Shown piece after piece: positions 39,110-51,130 of a stretch of 64,000 bases of DNA (within the stretch, counting starts at the first letter, position 1; each line of letters opens with the position of its first letter). The notes under the pieces were generated by a model, which saw nothing but the letters and a program-made list of their open reading frames with translations, did no database searches and was not told the DNA's origin. Source of the DNA: Eledone cirrhosa. Lineage: Eukaryota. The DNA is taken from NCBI GenBank assembly GCA_964016885.1, contig OZ024740.1, positions 364,994,001-365,058,000 on the forward strand, written 5' to 3'. A program made the position numbers and the translations under genes.

Positions 39110-39420
39110 CAGTGTGCCGTTTGAGCACTCGATGCTCCGCAGAGCAGAGTATAATATAGATAACGAGGAATCAGTAATAACGAGGAATCAGTGATGCATC
39201 AAAACACAGTTTATTAACATATTATATATGTCTTTCCGACGATCAGCTCAAGGCAGGATCTGTTACAGATCGAACCTGACTCTGCATTCGCAAGTTCCTC
39301 AAGAATCTGAAACAGATGGATCTGTAACAGATCCTGCTTTGAGCTGATCGTTGGAGAAACATATGTAATATGTTAATAAACTGTGTTTTGATGCATCACT
39401 GATTCCTTGTTATCTATAAT
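39110..39420. mobile_element. Fold-back PLE-type end with ~100-bp inverted arms and hammerhead 3' half
   Basis: ~39175-39271 pairs with ~39319-39415. GAAA-catatg-TA at 39356-39367; terminal hairpin tactc-tgctc-tgcg-gagca-tc-gagtgct on the minus strand at 39124-39151. Confidence 0.7.
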
Positions 39421-40267
39421 TATATATATATATATATCATCTTCATGGTTAGTCATAGGAAGGGCATCCAGCCATAGAAAACTTGCCAAACACAGGGTCA
39501 GGAGGACCCTTCAGTTATGTCAATGCATAACAGCTTCGCTTTGTGTTTGGGGATCTGCACAATAAACACACCCAGTATATGCTGTAAAGTGGTTGGTGAT
39601 AGGAAGGGCATCTAACTGTAGAAAGCTTGCCAAACAAAAGGTTGAGAGAACCTCAAGTTGCGTCAAAGACATGACAACCTCTCCTGTGCACGACCATACA
39701 CAAGTGAGATGACAGATCCCTGTCTGGGAGATCAGTAGCCACCGCATCAGTAATGACTTGGCCTAGATAGACCTCTCCAACCCTTACTAGCAGGGAAAAC
39801 GGATGTTAAAACGATGATGACGATGATGATAATGATGATGATATATATAGAATAAATGTTTCATAAATGAGTGGCCTTGCTTTGCTGTCGTACAAACTTG
39901 AACTATCCCTTCAGTGAAATCTTTAAGGACAATATTTTTTCTCCGATGAGTCTTATAAGTACATTTCTACTGTAGTACATATACACACATATATGTCTAC
40001 CTGTTATATCATAAATGTACTTGAAGATAAAACACAGTATAAGAATTAAATTTTGTTTTTATATGTCTTGCTTTCTTCTCCATATATTTCTGATTATATA
40101 TACACATACACACACACACATATATATATATTAGTTTGTCTAACTTATATCCCCCAATCAAGAATTTGGCTTCAGTTTAATGTTTAATTGCTTCTCTGAG
40201 TTGATATTTTATCTTTTCATTGAGATGTCTAAATATATTACAGACAAATAACTTTTTGATATATATA

Positions 40268-40590
40268 TCATCATCATCATCATCATCACCGCTTTACGTC
40301 CATTCTTCTGCGCTAGCATGGGTTAGACGGATTGTCCTGTTGTGGGCGATGTTAGGCCGGGTGACCTTTTCTTGCTCATACGGGAACTGATTTTGGCTTG
40401 ATTTCTACAGTTGGATGCCCTTCCTAACACCAGCCTCATTTACAGTGAGTGCTGGGTGCTTCTTTTTCGTGGCACCTACATGACCACTTTACAGTGTGGG
40501 CTGGGTGCTTTTTTGTCATGACACCTCTACGACAACTTTGCAGTGGGAGGGGATGAGGGCATATTGTCTATATACTTCAGCTTTGGCTTG
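40268..40590 (-). mobile_element. RTE 3' UTR fragment with (CAT)n tail
   Basis: Reverse complement of 57810-58137. Confidence 0.8.
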
Positions 40591-40632
40591 ATATATATAT
40601 ATATATATATCATCATCATCATCATCATGATA

Positions 40633-41106
40633 TATCATCATCATTTTACGTCCGCTTTTCCCTGCTTGCAAGGGTGGGACGGGTCTTATTCAGCACAGCA
40701 TCTCTCCACTCGTCACGGTCCCTCGTCATCTCCACCGTGAGCTTCAATGATCTGAGGTCTGTTCTCACCACCTCCGCCCATGTTTTTCGTGGTCTACCTC
40801 TACCACGTCTTCCCTCAACTGGCATTTCCTGGCACTTCTTCACCCATCGGTCATCCTCCATGCGCATCACATGTCCATACCACCTCAGTCTCCTCTCCCG
40901 TACACTACATTCTATCCCTCTCAGACACAGTTTCTCTCTCAACACATTTATGCTGGGTCGTTCACGCACATTTACACTGCACATCCAACGGAGCATGCTT
41001 GCCTCATTTCTCTCCAGCCGTCGCATATCTTCTGCGGTAGCTGCCCATGTCTCACTACCATGCAGCATCGCGCTCCTCACACAGGCATCATACAACGGCC
41101 TTTCGT
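40633..41106 (-). mobile_element. 3' end of a second RTE family (ORF runs almost to the tail)
   Basis: LYDACVRSAMLHGSETW...RRLRWYGHVMRM...RGRGRPRKTW; the N-terminus of the listed ORF is microsatellite. Confidence 0.9.
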
Positions 41107-41126
41107 ATATATATATATATACACAT

Positions 41127-41158
<32 letters not shown>

Positions 41159-41866
41159 TACACACACATACATATATATATATGAATACATATATATGTA
41201 TATATGTGTGTGTATGCATGTATGAGATGCCTATATAGAGATTGAATAATATTTTCACAGATTCAAGAACATATTTTCAACAAATAAAAAATACATTTGG
41301 TAAATGAGAGATTATATATTTGCATCTTAAAGAATGAATTTGTTGGTTAAATAGTGTATTAATGCTTAGATAAAAGAACATATTCAGATACCAAACTGAC
41401 ATTCCTAGATTGAAGAATATAGTCTTGGATTAAAGACACAGGCACAACAATAAAGAAGGCATATACGTATCTCAACCATCCAGTAAAATGATAAATGTGA
41501 TTATATTATTTAAATAAACATTCACTGTTTATATAAACACTGTATGTTTACATAAACAATAACGTATTCTTAACTGTTTATTAAGAAATTCTTTTACAGC
41601 CATTTTACCATATTAGTGTCAGTGGGTTGGTTTTCACAAATTTTGTTAACTGTATAATGTTTGAGCAGTTGGTTGTTTTGTTTTATTCTTGGATATTTTC
41701 CCTCCCACTATCCATGAAAACACCAAACTGACAGAGTTGTTAGGGTATCATATTAACTGTGTTGTTATTTGTTTCAGTTCACTGTACTAACCATGGTCAA
41801 CTTTGCTTTTAATCCTTTCAAGATCGATAAATAGATTACCAGCTAAGCACTAGGGTCGATTCTCTC

Positions 41867-41935
<69 letters not shown>

Positions 41936-43778
41936 TGCACACTCTCTCTCTCTCTTTCTAAGAAATCAGCTATATTCAGACCTAGTGGGTTAGATTTCTC
42001 CCAGATTAAAATGCCTAAGACATCTGTGTGTCATGAAGTCACCTTGCAACTCCATCATGAGGACTATCTTCTAATCTTGAGAGGGAATGGAATCCACCAA
42101 GTTTTAAAAGCTCAAAACACTCTATGTGACATGCCGGTAACCCTACGTTACCATCAAGAGTTAAGAACCCTTTTTTTTCCTTTGTATTCTTTATCCAGGA
42201 AAACTAAAGTAAGCAGACTTACATTCTCATGTTACCAGTGGTTGAACACAATGGCAGTTGCAAAATTTGAAATCTTAATCTTGTAGTCAGTAGACAAGCA
42301 TTTTAACCTCAAAACCACCACCATGCTTCATTGAAAGACATCATAAGATTATGTAAATGCGTTTTTTTTAGCTTTCAATATTTTCCTTTTCTCTTTTTTT
42401 TTTTTCCCTAAGTCAGGCTTCATACTCCAAATTTATCAGAAAAGGAAAATGTAAAATTGATCTGTCAATGTCATTTCAGAAAAAAAAAAAAAAAGGTTGG
42501 GGGAGAAATGAAAGAAAACACATTAGTAACAATTCTAAGAATCGAAACACTGCATCATTCATATAATTTAAAAAAATATTTTCTGCTATATCATCATCAT
42601 CATTCATGCCAATCACTTTGTCTCATTTTATCTTTTCTTTCTTTTTACAAAATATGGAAATCTTTAAGAGCATCACTCATTAAGGTTGAATGAAAAATAT
42701 TAAATATATGCATGTTCAGGAATCTAAAAATGGATTTCCCTTAATTTTTTTCTCCTCTATACTTTGAATTTCATGTCACCTAAGAATTTCCATGATTATC
42801 TATTCAGTTTTTCTGTTTGAGTTGGCAGTAATGCAGACATACATGCATGCATGTGCCCTTAACTCTGGATTGAGTCAAAGGGGTGGCATAATGATATACA
42901 GAATGTCTTGGACATTTAAACCTGGCAGATTCTATTCTACTCCAGGTTTGAACACAGATGATTTCTTCCAGAGAGAGCAGAGAGAGGAGAGAGAGGAAGA
43001 GAGAGAGAGAGAGTGAGGGAGAGAGTATGTGTATATATACATGAAGAGAGAGAGTATGTGTATATATATATACATGAAGACTCCCTTCGGTCATGAATGA
43101 TTTGCACCTGAAAAGTTCCACTCCAAGGCACAAGACCAGGCAAGATGTTTTTGTGGAAGACCATGGATATCAGTCTCCCCTCTCCACACCACTGATGTTG
43201 TCCAAGGGAAGGCAAAGGTCAATACAGTTTGGCACCGGTGACATCACAACTCATTTCTACAGCTGAGTGAACTGGAGCAATGAGAAATAAAGTGACTTGC
43301 TCCCAATCTGGAAATCAAATTCACAACAACATGATTGTAGGCCCAACACTCTAACCACTAAGCCATGTACCTCTGTCATTATCATCATCATCATTTTACG
43401 TCCATTGTTCCATGCTTGCATGGGATGGACATGTCTTTCTCAGTACAGCATCTCTTCACTTTTTGCGTTCCATTATCATTTACTCTGTAAGTTTTATCAA
43501 TCTAAAATCAGCTCTCACCACTTCTATCCAGGTCATCCTCTACTCTGGCTCCCTTTCACTGGGATTACTTGGCACTTCTTCACCCAGCAATCATCATCCA
43601 TATATATATATGTATATATATATAAGCACACGCCTGTTTTTTTTTCAATATAGATAGTTGAGATGCTTCATGGCTTCAGAGGAGCTATTTTTAGCACCCC
43701 CCTGTCTTCTACTGTTCAAGACCATAGCAGTTCGCCCAACATATATACATACACACACACACATATATATATATATAA

Positions 43779-44420
43779 CATTTGTATCAGTGCCCCAACA
43801 TAGCATTATACACAGAAATGTACGTATTGTATATTGAATAATATGCAGGATGTTTATGAAAAACATTTGAGACCCTTTTACAATAAATTTTTAAGGTTGT
43901 AACGAACGTCACACATCTAACCTCAGCAAAAGCAAGGGGAAGTAATCAACAAAGCATTGTTTCTTGCTCTTTTGCATTTATCAAGACTACATATCTCCCT
44001 ATTTCTGTTGAGATTAAAATAAAGATTCTGTATGTTATTCAATATACAATACATACATTCAAGTGTATAACACTATGCTGGAACACCAATACAAATTCTT
44101 TTATTTAAGCCTAGCCAGCTGCTGCCCTGTATGCAAATGAGCTCCCTCAGCTCATATACATGAGCAGAAATCTGTAAGATTCTTGCTTATTTTAACCTCA
44201 ACAGAAGTAGGGAAATATTTAGTCTTGATAAACACTAAAGAGTGAGAAACTATGCATTGATGATTACTTCCCTTTGTTTTTGCTGAGGTTAGATGTGTGA
44301 CGTTGGTTATAACCTTAAAAATTTATAGTAAAAACCCATAAGCATCCCATATATTATTCAATATAAAATACGTACATTTATGTATATAATGTTATGTTGG
44401 AGTACCAATACAAATTTTTA
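43779..44420. mobile_element. Old fold-back element with ~250-bp arms, each carrying a decayed hammerhead
   Basis: 43779-44030 is the diverged reverse complement of ~44180-44420, and 44032-44100 repeats 44352-44420. tagtc-TTGATAA-stem-GAAA-caa...ttg-TT-gatta at 43943-43989 (-), counterpart at 44220-44266 (+). Confidence 0.7.
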
Positions 44421-44884
44421 TGTATATGTGTATGTGTGTGTGCACGTATTTGTGAATGTGTGTGTATATGCAAGTATATATGTTTGTATATGATGATGAT
44501 GATGATTTATATATATATATATATATATATATAGATGATGATGATATATATATATATATAGAGAGAGAGAGAAGGTGGTAGACAAATTGATATATCATAG
44601 GTCTCCATTGATCTTCTAAGTAATCATAACTTAACTTGCTTTCTTTTTATTTTCCAGAATCTTCCTAAATATGATTTCATTTTTTTTTGGGGGGGGAGGG
44701 GGGGGTTCAAAGTGTCAGTTTGATAAAATGATCTGAAAAATCTAAATCCACCATTGAATGTTATTTTCCTCCAAGATGTTTTTAATGAACAAAAGCTTGC
44801 ATTTTTTTTATATCTGAGAATTATTGCTTTTGTTCTAGGTGTGATCGGCATTATTGACACATGTCATAGTTATCTATGACATCA

Positions 44885-45203
44885 TCATTTCATCATTTCA
44901 TTTTATGTCCGCTTCTTCCTGCTTACAAGGGTGGGACGGGAACTGATTCTGGCTTGATTTCTACAGCTGGATGCCCTTCCTAACACCAACCTCATTTACA
45001 GTGAGTGCTGGGTGCTTTTTTGCCATGGCACCTCCACAACCACTTTGCAGTGGAATGATAGGGACACCACAGCTGAGTAAACTGGAGCGATGTGAAATAA
45101 AGTGTCTTGCTCAAGGAAACAACACATCACCCGGTCTGAGAATTGAACTCACAACCTTTCGATTGAAAGGCCAATGCTCTAACCACTAAGCCATGTGCCT
45201 CCA
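44885..45203 (-). mobile_element. SINE family B copy
   Basis: Reverse complement of 54385-54720 with an internal deletion. Confidence 0.85.
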
Positions 45204-45286
45204 TGTGTAATATTATATTTCTGTGCTATCATTAAGAACTTAAGTCATATTTATCTGTGAGATATCTTTATGGCTTTTGATTTTAA

Positions 45287-45501
45287 CCCTTTAGCATTTA
45301 CATTACTCTATATTTACTATTATATTTTTATGGTAAAGGCTTTACCTCACATAATTATCTCACATAATATTGAAGCTACAAGATTTTGATATTATTTATT
45401 TTGAGAACCATACCTTAACATCAGTGACTGGTTATGATCGATTTGAACAGAAAGAGGTGAGAGAATTCTGACCAGATATGGCTGGTTTAAATGCTAAAGG
45501 G
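45287..45501. mobile_element. piggyBac-type MITE; diverged copy at 48060-48281
   Basis: TTAA|ccctttagcattta ... taaatgctaaaggg|TTAA. Confidence 0.8.
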
Positions 45502-46753
45502 TTAAACCATCTTAAACTGCCCTGGTTCTATGATAAAAGACCGCTTGTTTTAAAGTGTTTATATTCATTCAAAAACTTCCATCATGATTTCATATTTGTT
45601 AAGTTATACCCTAAACATCAGCTTAATAATGAGAAAGTTAGTTATATTGCTAAATATATCTAGGGTGCAGCACCTTTACCACCACGCCCTAGGCCCAGAG
45701 CCCAATCACCCTCACCCTCCCCTCCCCATTCTTCTATGACACTAGATTCCTTGCTATACCCACCCACCCCCTTTTCCGTTTTTATTTTATATTATCCTAT
45801 TTTACATTCCATTCCTTCTTCTCAATCTAAATTTTCAAAAGGACTTGAAAATCATTAGGAATAAAGTAATTGTTTCTTTAAGTGTTAAAGTGTTAATATT
45901 TATTTTAAAATTTTCCATCATAAATTTACTTTAGAACCTTTGACATCACTGAAGCTGCATCTGTTTCTATGCTACTCGACCTTCTGTTTTTAAGATGTTC
46001 ATATTCAAATGAAAACATTTCAACATAAATTCATGTAAGAACCTTTTAATAAGTTCTAAATATGAAATAAATAATTAGAAAGTTATCTTACTAAATGCCA
46101 CCAAATTCTTGAGTTTTTCAAAACAAATTTCTCATTAGGAATATACAATAGTAAAATGATTATTATGCCTCAAACAATTAAAATATATATACTGTACAAT
46201 CGTGAAATGGTTATTATGCCTCAAACAATTAAGATATATATACTGTACAATTGTGAAATGGTTATTATGCTTCAAACACCAGCTTAATAATTGTTGATTA
46301 TTTTCAAAATGATTTGAAAATCATAAGCAATGTTTTTTTATTAGAAAAACCAACCCTGTTTATTTTGGAGTGTTTATATTCATATAAAAACTTTTCATCA
46401 TAATGTCATATAAGAATATTTGTTAAGATATGTTCCAAACACCAGTTTAATAATGAGAAAGTTGGTTATATTACTAAATTCCTCCAAATCATTAACTATT
46501 TTCACAATGATTTGAAAACCATAAGCAGTGTCAGTTTTTCTTTTTTTAGAAATATGGTAAATAAAGGGTTACTGGCACCACCTGGCCCTTGTGTGCCTTT
46601 TTTAGAGTCTACTCTGTTTCAAGGGGTCTGGTCAGACCTCTGCAGACAGACAATAACACCCTCATTTCCTTCCCATCTGTCACAGAGGACATGAAAAGGC
46701 CATTGGTTTTGACCTTCATCCTCTTTTAAACCTTAATGGGTTTTTCTTTTATA

Positions 46754-46941
46754 CAGGTAAAATTCTGTTATAACGAATACTATTATTACAAATTTTTCAG
46801 TATAACAAATTATTTTTCAATCCCCGAGGTAATAACAAACAAACGCTCAATTTGTTTTGGTTGATCTCGTTAGAAAGAATTTTTCGTTACAACAAATTTA
46901 TTTTTATACTTTGTGAATTTTGTTATAACGAAATTTCACTG
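46754..46941. mobile_element. Tc1/pogo-type MITE (same family as 6494-6650)
   Basis: ta|caggtaaaattctgttataacgaa ... ttgttataacgaaatttcactg. Confidence 0.75.
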
Positions 46942-47208
46942 AATATATGTTACATAAAATATTACTTTGTGATGGTGTAGGGCTAAGTGGTTGGTGTATT
47001 TAGCTTAGGATTGAAAGCTTGTGAGATCGATTCCTGGTAGAATGTTATGTCCTTGAGCAAGGCATCTTATTTCATGATGCACCAGTCTACTCAGTTGGTA
47101 AAAATGAGTTCTACCTGTAATCCAAAAGGACAGTTTTGTCCACACACTGTATCATGCTGTCTCTCCCTGAGAAATATGTTAAAGATGAATGAGTCTATGG
47201 AATGCTCA

Positions 47209-47560
47209 GCTTCTTCTTCTTCTTCTTCTTCTTCTTCTTCTTCTTCTTCTTGCTCTTGCTTGATGAGACTAGGGTGATCCTAAGCCACTGATCCCAGAAG
47301 CATCATAGAGCCAACCAGGCCCACCACCTCTGGCAGTCCTGTGCCAGCTCGCCTGCATCCTCCAAGGTGATGTCGAGCCTCCAGAGATCTTCCCTGATGA
47401 CATCGAGCCACCTGGTGTTGGGCCTGCCGCATGGCTTGTTCCAGCTTGCAACCACTGCATTGAATGAGAGTAAGACTCTGGTAGGATGATCTGGTGGAAA
47501 GTGGAGGACATGTCCGTACCAGTACATGCAGCAGATAGCTATGTGGCGGGAAGCTGTGGG
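47209..47560 (-). mobile_element. RTE-like LINE 3' end with (GAA)n tail
   Basis: YWYGHVL...KPCGRPNTRWLDVIREDL...AQDCQRW in ORF 47303-47584. Confidence 0.75.
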
Positions 47561-48402
47561 CTGATATGTGCGCGCATGCAACACTTTGTTGGAAACTTGC
47601 TACTTGCATGTTCATTTCTTGAGCAGGTGGTTCTATAGTTTGAGCAACTGAAACATTCATGGTTGGAACTGACAGAGGTCCAACAAACAAGATATCTCTT
47701 TAATTTTAAACTGGAGTTCTAAGATTTCTATTATAAATTTTAGTTATATCTGAAAAGTCTTTACATTTATCCTTGCTTCTTGCAAAATCAGCCATATAAA
47801 TAAATAAATAAATAAATACAGTTTAAACAATATTTGATTTGTTTAAGAAGCAATGGAGAAATTTGTACTTGGAAAATATATTCACTTTTTAAGGAAGCTG
47901 CCACAATGCAGATAACTATAAATAACAGGTGAACGAATTTGGTAAAGTTCTGTGGAGAGAGGAAAAAATGAAATTGACTGAAATACATGTGGTTGTCCAG
48001 TATATAACGTGTGTGATTCGATTCCTGTTCCATTTTTTTCATCTCCAGAAGTACTTTAACTCTTGAGCATTTACTTTACTCTATATATATTATTGTATTT
48101 TCATGGTAAAAACTCTATCTCACATAATTATCTGACATGATATCGAATTTACGAGATTTTGATATTATTTATTTTGAGAAAAATACCTTAATGTCAGTAT
48201 GTGAGGCCAGTTACAGCTGGTTTGAACAGAAAGTGGTGATAGAATTCTCGTTGAATATGGCCAGTTTTAATGCTAAAGAAGTAAAATGCAAATATGTTTT
48301 CAAATTTCAAATTTCCCCATCGTCATCATCATCATCATCATTATCATCATAATCATCATTTTACATTCGTTCTTACATGCTTGCATTCATCAAATATTGT
48401 TT

Positions 48403-48670
48403 ACACCCAGCCCGAAACAAATGAGGTCGTGTAGGTGTCACGACAAAAAAACACACAGTCCATGCTGTAATGTGGCCGTGTAGGTAACATGGTAAAAACC
48501 TCCCAGTTCCACACTGTAAATGTGGTTGGTGGTAGGAAGGGCATCCAGCCGTAGAAAACCCGCCAGACAGTCCTATGCGAGCAAGACAACCACTCTTGTC
48601 TCAAGTGGGAAAACTCCCGTACAAACCCATGCAAGCGTGGAATATGGACGTTAAATGATGATGATGATGA
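48403..48670 (+). mobile_element. RTE 3' UTR fragment
   Basis: Near-identical to 14690-14961. Confidence 0.85.
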
Positions 48671-49309
48671 TTCTATCATAACATTGAAAGCTTCTAAATG
48701 ACAGTAATTCATAACTAGATGTGGTTTGGTGTAATAATTAAATGCAGTTGTCCAGTACAGAGGTGTGAGGGTCAATTCCAGCAGGAATTTCTGTCCACTT
48801 CTTTCCATCTCCAGTGATACTTTACCTCACTTATTCAACTATTATTTATAGTTGTCTGCATCATTGGCAGCATCTCAAAAAACACAACCATATTTTTAAA
48901 TTCTAGGATCAAATATTTGTTTCTGGAACTTACTAATTTAGTGTCAGAAAAAAATGTTTTTGTGACACTGTCATTGTTTTTCTTTAAGTAACACCTATGT
49001 ATAAAAACAACAATAACAACAACAGCACACCCAAATCACAACTTTGGTAGTTATAACTTTTAATGTCAGAAAGAAGTGTTTTTTGACACCATGTCATTGG
49101 TTTCTCAAATAAAACCCTTGAATAACAAGAACAACATGCCCAAACAATGAATGGTAGTTTTTAGAAAGCTGTGCTACCTCACCAAAGGATTTCATAACCA
49201 TTTGTTCTGTCATGTTTTCTACTAAGCCTTACTTACACTTCCAAACATTCAGTTTCCTTAGAATGACAGAGATATGACAGAAATACACACAATGGAAGAT
49301 TCTACAACA

Positions 49310-49760
49310 ATTTGATTACATCAGCATATGTACAGGTGTGTAAATGTATACATCTGCATATGTACAGATGTGTAAATGTGTACATCTGTATATATGTGCA
49401 TCTGTGCAGGTGTATATGTGCACATATACATATATGCATATGTGCACATATGGTGAAGTGCAATGGGCATGTGGACACATGTGAATGTGTGTAGGTATGT
49501 ATGGATATGTACAAGTGTGTATGTGTGCGCATGTACATATGGGCACATGTAAAATGTGTGCAGGTATGCATGTAAGTGTACATGTGTATATGTGTGCATG
49601 TGGGTATGTGCATGCATGTGCATATGTGTATGTATACATGTGGATATGTGAGCATATGTGCTTGTGTGCATATATATATGTGTGTGTGAACATATGTATC
49701 TAGGGGTGTATGTATTAATGTATGTATAAATCTACATGTGTATACTTCTACATACGTATG
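49310..49760. repeat. Degenerate alternating purine-pyrimidine (TG/CA/TA) tract
   Basis: Visible low complexity; similar tracts at 19315-19475, 28905-29095 and 62830-63140. Confidence 0.85.
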
Positions 49761-50275
49761 CATTGACCCACCACCAAAAACAAGAACCACCCCATTACTA
49801 TCATCCCATATCCACCACCACCACCAACAACAACACCAAACACAGTGACAACAACATTAACAACAACAACAACAAAAACAACAACAACTATATCAATAAT
49901 AGCAACAACAACAATAAGAGAGTATTATGTTGGAGCTGTCTAGAGACAAAAGGGAAGAGAATCTGTACATCACAAGATAATGGAAGAGAAATAAGGGTAC
50001 TTTGTGTCTCTCTTTCCAACAAGCTTTGGTAGGTTGAAATTTCATTGAAACCTGAACTTGAATAATGTCATGAGAGATAAATACTCCAGTATTGCATCTC
50101 AAAATAATTGTATGTGTATGTGCGTATGGTGTGTGCGTGTGTGTATGTGTGTGAGTGTATGCGTGTGCGTGCATGAGTATAAATTCAGTTTGGATGAGCA
50201 TGTGAGTACCTCTCTAGTACCTCTCTAGCTGGTGCCATGACAAAAGGCCCACAACAAACTCTGTAAAGTAGGAGT

Positions 50276-50720
50276 CTTCTTCTTCTTCTTCTTCTTCTTC
50301 TTCTTCTTCTTCTTCTTCTTGTGGGTCATATCAGAATCAACCGTCTCCAACTGATCTGGCTGGATCTCCAAGCATGACCAGCCAATCTCATGGATGTTTT
50401 CCAATCATCTTGCTCGGGGTCTACCCCTGGGCCTCCTGCCTGTTGGTTTGGCATGTAAAATCTGTCCAGCGATTCTTTCCTGAGACATTGTAACCACATG
50501 CTCTTAGTATCGGAGCTGTGATCTCTCAATTCAAACAAGTAGTGGCTCTACCTGGAGTGACTCTCTCATCTCCTAGCAATGCATTCTATTGAGTAATGTT
50601 ACTCCAAAGACCCTTCGGAGGAACCCGATTTTGGCCACTTGTATTCTCAATCTCATTCTTTCAGTCATTATCCAAGATTCATGACCATAGGTAAGGGTTG
50701 GCATGAAAAGGGAGACAAGA
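50276..50720 (-). mobile_element. RTE-like LINE 3' end with (GAA)n tail
   Basis: (TTC)n at 50276-50320 on the plus strand; homologous to 20910-21335. Confidence 0.7.
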
Positions 50721-50865
50721 GAGGGATCTCCTGATTAAGCCTCCCTGGTAAAGTTTATGCTAAGTATCTGGCTAAGTGATGCAGGGAGATTGTTGAGTCC
50801 AAGCAGATTTCATCCCGGACACACACACACGTGTGTGTGTCTGTGTGTGTATATGTATGTATACA

Positions 50866-51088
50866 TCTATCTTCCGTGCTAGCATGGGTTGGACAGGTTT
50901 GTCCCATTTAGAGACAAGTTGGGTTGGGTGACCGTATCTCACTCATATAGGAGTATTTCTGGCTGGTTTTCATCCAGCTGTAGAAAAGCAGCCAGAAACA
51001 CTCCTATATTAGTGAGATACGGTCACCCAACCCAACTTGTCTCTAAATGGGACAAACCTGTCCAACCCATGCTAGCACGGAAGATAGA
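50866..51088. repeat. Near-perfect ~105-bp-arm hairpin made of RTE/SINE 3'-end sequence
   Basis: 50866-50971 is the reverse complement of 50983-51088 with few mismatches. Confidence 0.9.
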
Positions 51089-51130
51089 CGTTAATCGATG
51101 ATGATGTATGTATATGTATGTATGTATGTA

